32,000 nt of DNA from Acaryochloris marina S15 (lineage in GTDB: Bacteria > Cyanobacteriota > Cyanobacteriia > Thermosynechococcales > Thermosynechococcaceae), in assembly GCF_018336915.1 (NCBI RefSeq), contig NZ_CP064923.1, positions 3,510,001 through 3,542,000 of the forward strand, in the 5' to 3' direction. Position 1 is the stretch's first letter; each line of letters starts with the position of its first letter. A model generated the notes under the pieces. That model saw only the letters and a list, made by a program, of their open reading frames with translations. It searched no databases and was not told the origin of the DNA. The translations under genes and the position numbers were made by a program. Shown here one piece after another: positions 26,628 through 32,000 of the stretch.

Positions 26628-27788
26628 TTGCTCACTTCGTTATTGGATGGTTTGTTTGATGGCATCAGCATAGGCTCAGTGCTGCTTTTAGCGGCATTGG
26701 GCCTTGCCATTGTTTTTGGCCTCATGGGTGTGATCAACATGGCCCATGGGGAATTGATGATGATCGGTGCCTATACAACATTCGTTGTCCAGAATGCCTT
26801 TAAGTCCTTTGGTCAACCTTGGTTCGGTGCCTACATTTTTGTGGCATTGATCTGTGCTTTCTTCGTTACTGCTTTATTGGGGCTAATTCTTGAAAAAGGG
26901 GTGATTCGCCACCTCTACGGCAGGCCGTTAGAGACACTACTGGCTACCTGGGGCGTCAGCTTAATCCTGCGACAGTTTGTGCGGAGTGTGAGCTGGGTAA
27001 TGGTGCTGGGATTAGGCGTTTTTTGTGTCCTTTATTTTGGGGCTATGGCCATTCTTTCTCGAAGGCCAAACGTCGAAAAGATCCGGGGTTGGGCGCGTAC
27101 TGTTTTAATCCCTCTCTCGGCTGGAATTGCCTGGTCAGCCGGTAACATGCTGGGTCAAACCTATCAGCTAGCAGCGACCAAACCTTGGTTCGGTGCACAG
27201 AATGTAGATGTTACTGCACCAGGTTGGCTGCGCAAGGGGATCAAGCTGGGTACCTATCAGCTACCCTATGTCCGTTTGTTTATCCTGGTGTTGACGATCG
27301 TCTGCATCCTTGGCATGTACCTATTTTTGCAACGCTCTGCCTGGGGACTTCGTATTCGAGCGGTCACTCAAAATCGGAGTATGAGTGCTTGTTTAGGCAT
27401 TCCCACAGAGCGAGTGGATGCCCTTACCTTTGCTTTAGGGTCAGGGTTGGCAGGGGTTGCGGGCTGTGCAGTCAGTTTATTAGGCTCAGTGGGTCCAAAT
27501 ACAGGCCAGAACTATATTGTGGATACCTTTATGGTTGTTGTTGTGGGGGGGGTTGGCAAGCTAGTGGGCAGTATTGTAGCGGCAATGGCTATCGGCATCG
27601 CCAATTACATGATTGGTGCTGATGCCCTGAGTCCGCTAGTATCCTGGTTCCCCCAATTAGCAGCTGTTCTACAGTTCTTTGCCAACGCTAGCATGGCGAA
27701 AGTCCTTGTCTTTGCTCTCATTGTTACGTTCTTGCAATTCCGACCGGCTGGCATATTCCCCCAAAAAGGACGCATGGTAGATGCTTAA
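26628..27788 (+). CDS. urtB: Urea ABC transporter permease UrtB
   Basis: LivH-like permease (GISIGSVLLLAALGLAIVFGLMGVINMAHGELMMIGAY). TTG start with GAGGAG (26615..26620) 7 nt upstream. Confidence 0.92.
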   Translation: MLTSLLDGLFDGISIGSVLLLAALGLAIVFGLMGVINMAHGELMMIGAYTTFVVQNAFKSFGQPWFGAYIFVALICAFFVTALLGLILEKGVIRHLYGRPLETLLATWGVSLILRQFVRSVSWVMVLGLGVFCVLYFGAMAILSRRPNVEKIRGWARTVLIPLSAGIAWSAGNMLGQTYQLAATKPWFGAQNVDVTAPGWLRKGIKLGTYQLPYVRLFILVLTIVCILGMYLFLQRSAWGLRIRAVTQNRSMSACLGIPTERVDALTFALGSGLAGVAGCAVSLLGSVGPNTGQNYIVDTFMVVVVGGVGKLVGSIVAAMAIGIANYMIGADALSPLVSWFPQLAAVLQFFANASMAKVLVFALIVTFLQFRPAGIFPQKGRMVDA

Positions 27789-27797
27789 AAGCAGCAT

Positions 27798-28976
27798 ATG
27801 ATTACAGATTCTCCTCCCGTAAAGTCCTCATCTGCCATGCGCCGACGCTCTTTGGTGATCGAAGGGGTGATTGTGGTTGCGATCTCACTTCTGATTCTGT
27901 TTGGGGCTCCTCAATTTCTGACAGCCATCGGTCAAGAATTTCGCATCAATATGCTAGGCCGCTTTATGGCCTTAGCGATTGTAGCTTTGGGAATTGACCT
28001 CATCTGGGGCTACACCGGGATGCTGAGCTTAGGCCACGGCATCTTTTTCTCCCTAGGGGGATATGCCCTAGCTATGTTTCTACAGCTCCAACTCCCAGAA
28101 GGTCAGCTCCCAGAATTCTTCACCCTATTTGGTGTAGATAAGCTTCCCTGGTTTTGGCAACCGTTTCACTCCTTGCCCTTTACCTTGATGGCAATTGTAT
28201 TTATTCCTGCCACCATTGCTGGCCTGTTAGGCTACCTAGTGTTTCGCAACCGTATTCGAGGCGTTTACTTCTCGATCCTTACCCAAGCATCTCTGATTGT
28301 CTTCTTTAACTTTTTTAATAGCCAACAGAAGCTAATCAACGGCACAAATGGCCTTAAAACCGATACCACTAAAATATTTGGGGTCTATGCAGGATCAGAT
28401 CAAGCCCAGTCTGTTTTCTATACCCTCACGGTCCTTTTCTTAGTACTGGCCTATTTCCTCTGTCGTTGGTTGACCAGTGGCCGGCTCGGTCGGTTACTGA
28501 TCGCGATTCGGGACGACGAAAGTCGGGTGAGATTTTCTGGATATGATCCAACGGGATTCAAAGTTTTGGTATTTGCCGTATCAGCCGGTCTTGCAGGAAT
28601 GGCAGGGGCGCTCTATACCGTCCAATCTGGGATTATCTCTCCCAAAACCATGGATATTGCCTTTTCCATTGAGATGGTGATTTGGGTCGCGGTTGGGGGA
28701 AGAGCCAGTTTAATTGGTGCCATTTTGGGAGCATTGATCGTTAATTTTGCTAGAAGTATCTTGACTGAGCAATTCCCAGAAATTTGGCTATTTTTTCAGG
28801 GGGCATTGTTCTTGGTGGTGGTTACGGTCCTCCCCGGCGGATTTATCGGTTGGTTACGAAACGAAGGACAGGAACTGTTTCGATCTTTAATTGGGCGACC
28901 CCGACGAGTGATGACTTATCCCAGTTTGTCTGAAGATCCGGAAGTGGAGTATGAGCGACAAAATCTTAGAAATTGA
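27798..28976 (+). CDS. urtC: Urea ABC transporter permease UrtC
   Basis: LivM-like permease (IDLIWGYTGMLSLGHGIFFSLGGYALAM, LIAIRDDESRVRFSGY). Confidence 0.92.
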   Translation: MITDSPPVKSSSAMRRRSLVIEGVIVVAISLLILFGAPQFLTAIGQEFRINMLGRFMALAIVALGIDLIWGYTGMLSLGHGIFFSLGGYALAMFLQLQLPEGQLPEFFTLFGVDKLPWFWQPFHSLPFTLMAIVFIPATIAGLLGYLVFRNRIRGVYFSILTQASLIVFFNFFNSQQKLINGTNGLKTDTTKIFGVYAGSDQAQSVFYTLTVLFLVLAYFLCRWLTSGRLGRLLIAIRDDESRVRFSGYDPTGFKVLVFAVSAGLAGMAGALYTVQSGIISPKTMDIAFSIEMVIWVAVGGRASLIGAILGALIVNFARSILTEQFPEIWLFFQGALFLVVVTVLPGGFIGWLRNEGQELFRSLIGRPRRVMTYPSLSEDPEVEYERQNLRN

Positions 28977-29706
28977 AAATGTAACCGTCAGCTTTGAAGG
29001 ATTCAAAGCCCTCAATCAGCTCAACTTCAGCATGGAGACAGGAGAGCTGCGGGTTATTATTGGCCCCAATGGAGCAGGGAAAACCACCTTCTTGGATGTG
29101 ATTACGGGCAAGGTTCAACCCACGACGGGGAGAGCACTATTCAAAGGTAAAAACCTCCGAGCCAGATCCGAGCACAATATCTCTCGACTAGGAATTGGTC
29201 GTAAGTTTCAAACGCCGCGGGTCTATTTACAACTCACCCCCCGGGAAAACTTAGATTTATCCTGCAATCGTCATAAAAATGTGCTGGCAACCTTAATGGG
29301 ACACCCTTCAGGACCAGAACGTCGCACCGTTTCTGGCTTGCTAGAAACCATTGGCTTAACGACAAAGGGAGATATTCCAGCAGCGCTGCTGTCCCATGGC
29401 GAAAAGCAGCGCCTTGAAATTGGCATGTTGGTGGCTCAATCCCCCGATTTACTACTGGTGGATGAGCCCGTTGCTGGCCTGACCGACGAAGAAACAGAGA
29501 ACGTTGGCGACCTATTGCTCACCCTGGCCAAAAGCCACTCAATCATTGTGATTGAGCATGACATGGAATTTGTCCGCCAGATTGCCAGACAAGTCACGGT
29601 GTTACATCAAGGCAGCGTCTTGTTTGAAGGCAACATGGATGAAGTACAAACGAATCCCCAAGTGATTGAAGTCTATTTGGGACAGCCGGAGGAAGACGAT
29701 GGTTAA
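28951..29706 (+). CDS. urtD: Urea ABC transporter ATP-binding protein UrtD
   Basis: Walker A GPNGAGKT, signature LSHGEKQRLEIG, Walker B LLLVDEP. The start overlaps the urtC 3' end by 26 nt and has GGAG upstream. Confidence 0.93.
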   Translation: MSDKILEIENVTVSFEGFKALNQLNFSMETGELRVIIGPNGAGKTTFLDVITGKVQPTTGRALFKGKNLRARSEHNISRLGIGRKFQTPRVYLQLTPRENLDLSCNRHKNVLATLMGHPSGPERRTVSGLLETIGLTTKGDIPAALLSHGEKQRLEIGMLVAQSPDLLLVDEPVAGLTDEETENVGDLLLTLAKSHSIIVIEHDMEFVRQIARQVTVLHQGSVLFEGNMDEVQTNPQVIEVYLGQPEEDDG

Positions 29707-30442
29707 TCAGGCATCATCCCAGACTCACTCCCCCCAGGCTCTACTGGATATCTCGAACCTCAACGTTTACTATGGCGAGAGCCATATTCTCCGCAATGTT
29801 GATTTGAGCGTTGGCCCTGGAAAAATGGTTTGCCTCATTGGTCGGAATGGCGTGGGCAAAACCACCTTACTCAAGACGATTTTAGGGTTGCTGTCTCCCC
29901 GGACGGGCAACATTGTGTTGGAGGGACAGTCAGTCCTGAATAAAACCTCCGATCAGCGGGCTCGGCTGGGGGTGGGGTATGTCCCTCAAGGTCGGGAAAT
30001 TATTCCCAGTCTCACGGTCCAGGAAAACTTACTTTTAGGACTAGAGGCTCGACCCCGAGGTCGAAAAAAAAGTGACACCATCCCCGAACAGGTCTTTCAA
30101 CTCTTTCCGGTCTTAGCCAGTATGTTAGGCCGAATGGGAGGAGATCTCAGTGGTGGCCAACAGCAGCAGCTAGCCATTGCTAGAGCATTAGTGGGAAAGC
30201 CGCGCCTATTAGTCCTCGATGAACCCACAGAAGGCATTCAGCCATCGATTATTCTAGAAATTGAAGCCGCTGTGCGACGGATTGTTGAAACGACAGGAGT
30301 CTCTGTGCTCTTGGTTGAACAACATCTTCACTTTGTGCGCCAGGCAGATTGGTATTACGCCATGCAGAAAGGGGGCATCGTTGCATCTGGTTCAACCGAT
30401 GAGCTGAGTAATCAGGTGATCCAGGAGTTTCTTGCTGTTTGA
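29699..30442 (+). CDS. urtE: Urea ABC transporter ATP-binding protein UrtE
   Basis: Walker A GRNGVGKT, signature LSGGQQQQLAIARAL, Walker B LLVLDEP. I prefer ATG 29699 (MVNQASS...), which overlaps the urtD stop (ATGgtTAA) and has GGAGGA upstream. The track start is TTG 29666. Confidence 0.93.
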   Translation: MVNQASSQTHSPQALLDISNLNVYYGESHILRNVDLSVGPGKMVCLIGRNGVGKTTLLKTILGLLSPRTGNIVLEGQSVLNKTSDQRARLGVGYVPQGREIIPSLTVQENLLLGLEARPRGRKKSDTIPEQVFQLFPVLASMLGRMGGDLSGGQQQQLAIARALVGKPRLLVLDEPTEGIQPSIILEIEAAVRRIVETTGVSVLLVEQHLHFVRQADWYYAMQKGGIVASGSTDELSNQVIQEFLAV

Positions 30443-30605
30443 CCCTTGTATGCCTGGGCTGGCCCAATAACAATTGAGACAAATGCTATCTGACCTATAA
30501 ACATGATTTTAGAGAGATAAGCGAATAAAACGCTAGAATTGCAATTCGTTCCTAATTGACCAGCACTTTACGCTGTCATAGGGTTCTATGCGTCCGGATA
30601 TAGTG

Positions 30606-31223
30606 ATGAGTCAATTCAAAGTATACGGCGATATATATTCTGGTAACTGCTATAAGGTCAAGCTACTCATGTCTCTACTGGAGATAGAGCATGATTGGGT
30701 TCATATTGACATTCTGAATGGCGAAAGTCGGACCAATGAATTTTTAGCAAGGAATCCGAATGGTCGTGTACCTGTATTGGGGCTTCCAGATGGGCGATGG
30801 CTGTTCGAGTCGAACGCAATCCTTCATTTCTTAGCCCAAGACTCATGTTTTTTGCCCATAGATCCCTATGGCCATGCCCAAGTACTGCAATGGCAGTTTT
30901 TTGAGCAATATAGTCATGAGCCTTATATTGCCACGTCTCGATATATCATTCGCTATTTAGGGTCACCGCCTGATCGGCAGGCGGATTTGGAGGCCCGCCG
31001 AGTCTGGGGATATGCCGCCTTAGACGTGATGGAAAGCCATCTTGAAAAGCAAGATTTTTTTGTGGACGAGCACTATTCCATTGCCGATATCTCCTTATAT
31101 GCCTATACCCATGTCGCCTCGGAAGGAGGATTCTCCCTCAAGCCTTATAGCAACGTTCGCAATTGGCTACGGCGTATCTCTCAACATCCTCAACATGTGA
31201 CGATGGAGCAATTTGCCCCTTAA
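30606..31223 (+). CDS. Glutathione S-transferase family protein
   Basis: N-terminal thioredoxin-like part FKVYGDIYSGNCYKVKLLM...NPNGRVPVL...ESNAILHFL, plus a helical C-domain. The start is ATG 30606 (MSQFKVYG) or ATG 30588, and the sequence does not decide between them. Confidence 0.85.
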   Translation: MSQFKVYGDIYSGNCYKVKLLMSLLEIEHDWVHIDILNGESRTNEFLARNPNGRVPVLGLPDGRWLFESNAILHFLAQDSCFLPIDPYGHAQVLQWQFFEQYSHEPYIATSRYIIRYLGSPPDRQADLEARRVWGYAALDVMESHLEKQDFFVDEHYSIADISLYAYTHVASEGGFSLKPYSNVRNWLRRISQHPQHVTMEQFAP

Positions 31224-31266
31224 GGCAGAGACTCAGTCATTCCACCATGAGCGACCAGAACTGATC

Positions 31267-32000
31267 TCAATGTCCTTGAGGGATATCGCTATTGACTAAG
31301 ATTCTAGGGAGTCGATGCTTAAATCCACAGACAATCTCGTAGGAAATCGTATCCAGCGCCTCAGCCCAAGTTTCAGCAGAGATTGACGCCGGACCATCCT
31401 GACCCAAAAGGGTGACCACCTCTCCTACCGGTAAATGGGGAAAGTCACTGACATCCACCATGAGCTGGTCCATGGTAATGGCTCCAATTTGGGGAGCCAA
31501 TCGACCCCGAATCATCACATCCATTTGGTTAGATAGGGACCGGGGAACCCCATCGGCATAGCCAATACCGACCACTGCAACGGTTAAAGGATGCTCTGTG
31601 GTGAAGGTATGGTTATAGCTCACCCCTGATCCGGCGGGTAAAGTCTTGATTTGGGTAATCCGAGCTTTGACTTCCATAACAGGTTGTAGCGAAACCGTCT
31701 GCTGGAAGTGGGACGCAGGATATAAACCATATAGTGCCAATCCCACTCGGACCAAGTCGTAGTGAAATTGGGGACCTGCTAAGGTTGCCGCTGAGTTGGC
31801 GAGATGGAGTTTGGGTAAGGGAATATCCTGGGCTTGGATACGGCTTAAGACGTCCTGTAATCGACTTTGCTGCTGCAGCATAAAGCTAGAGTCTGCATCA
31901 TCGGCCGTTGCTAAATGGGAATAGATACTGGCAATCTTGAGATTAGAAAGACGGGAGACAAATTCAATAAAGGTTGCCCCCTGCTGCCAAATGGGCCCCA
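31267..32000 (-). CDS. alr: Alanine racemase, 3' portion; the gene continues beyond the right edge of the window
   Basis: The track ORF (31267..31881) begins at an internal Met. The frame stays open to position 32000, reading ...GPIWQQGATFIEFVSRLSNLKIASIYSHLATADDADSSFMLQQQ.... YSHLATAD, PVMEVKARITQIK, GYADG and SYEIVCGF..RLPR are alanine racemase blocks. Confidence 0.88.
   Translation of the reverse strand, partial: GPIWQQGATFIEFVSRLSNLKIASIYSHLATADDADSSFMLQQQSRLQDVLSRIQAQDIPLPKLHLANSAATLAGPQFHYDLVRVGLALYGLYPASHFQQTVSLQPVMEVKARITQIKTLPAGSGVSYNHTFTTEHPLTVAVVGIGYADGVPRSLSNQMDVMIRGRLAPQIGAITMDQLMVDVSDFPHLPVGEVVTLLGQDGPASISAETWAEALDTISYEIVCGFKHRLPRILVNSDIPQGH

Noticed and set aside
30535-30546. 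12-bp palindrome GAATTGCAATTC about 40-60 nt upstream of the GST gene
   Set aside because: It is a single short AT-rich palindrome with no second copy and no known operator consensus that I can name. It could easily be chance.

Overview
The window reads as an ordinary chromosomal segment of a cyanobacterium. Supporting this: 11 perfect HIP1 octamers (GCGATCGC), an atp1-type ATP synthase operon carrying both b and b' subunits, an SLH+OprB porin, Uma2 and pentapeptide-repeat paralogues, and urtABCDE. It is densely coding and mostly housekeeping. In order: a partial membrane ORF; a homocysteine S-methyltransferase-family gene; Uma2 endonuclease #1; leuB; a pentapeptide-repeat gene; the 8-gene atp operon (I-a-c-b'-b-delta-alpha-gamma, minus strand); a lipoprotein esterase; a large-serine-recombinase homologue that appears catalytically dead; a DUF2059 secreted protein; two class I SAM methyltransferases; an unannotated 37-codon membrane ORF; a second pentapeptide-repeat gene; a DWARF27-like (DUF4033) protein; a Zn-ribbon protein; cysH; ureE; Uma2 #2; a GH-A-like lipoprotein; ureF; ureG; the porin; a 1.2 kb AT-rich ORF-free spacer; urtABCDE; a GST; and the 3' part of alr. 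I found no rRNA, tRNA, CRISPR array, intact transposon or prophage. I also see no convincing novel multi-gene system such as a defence island. The most interesting features are small-scale. (1) A ghost copy of the leuB 3' end lies exactly 841 nt downstream of the real one and brackets the first pentapeptide-repeat gene, which looks like a gene-acquisition scar. (2) The recombinase homologue has lost its nucleophile Ser and catalytic Arg residues. (3) A urea-utilisation neighbourhood (ureE/F/G, porin, urtABCDE) is interrupted by unrelated genes and includes a long AT-rich control region with NtcA-type boxes. (4) Perfect stem-loops bracket the ATP synthase c-subunit gene. All family calls come from reading motifs in the translations by eye. 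No database search was run.
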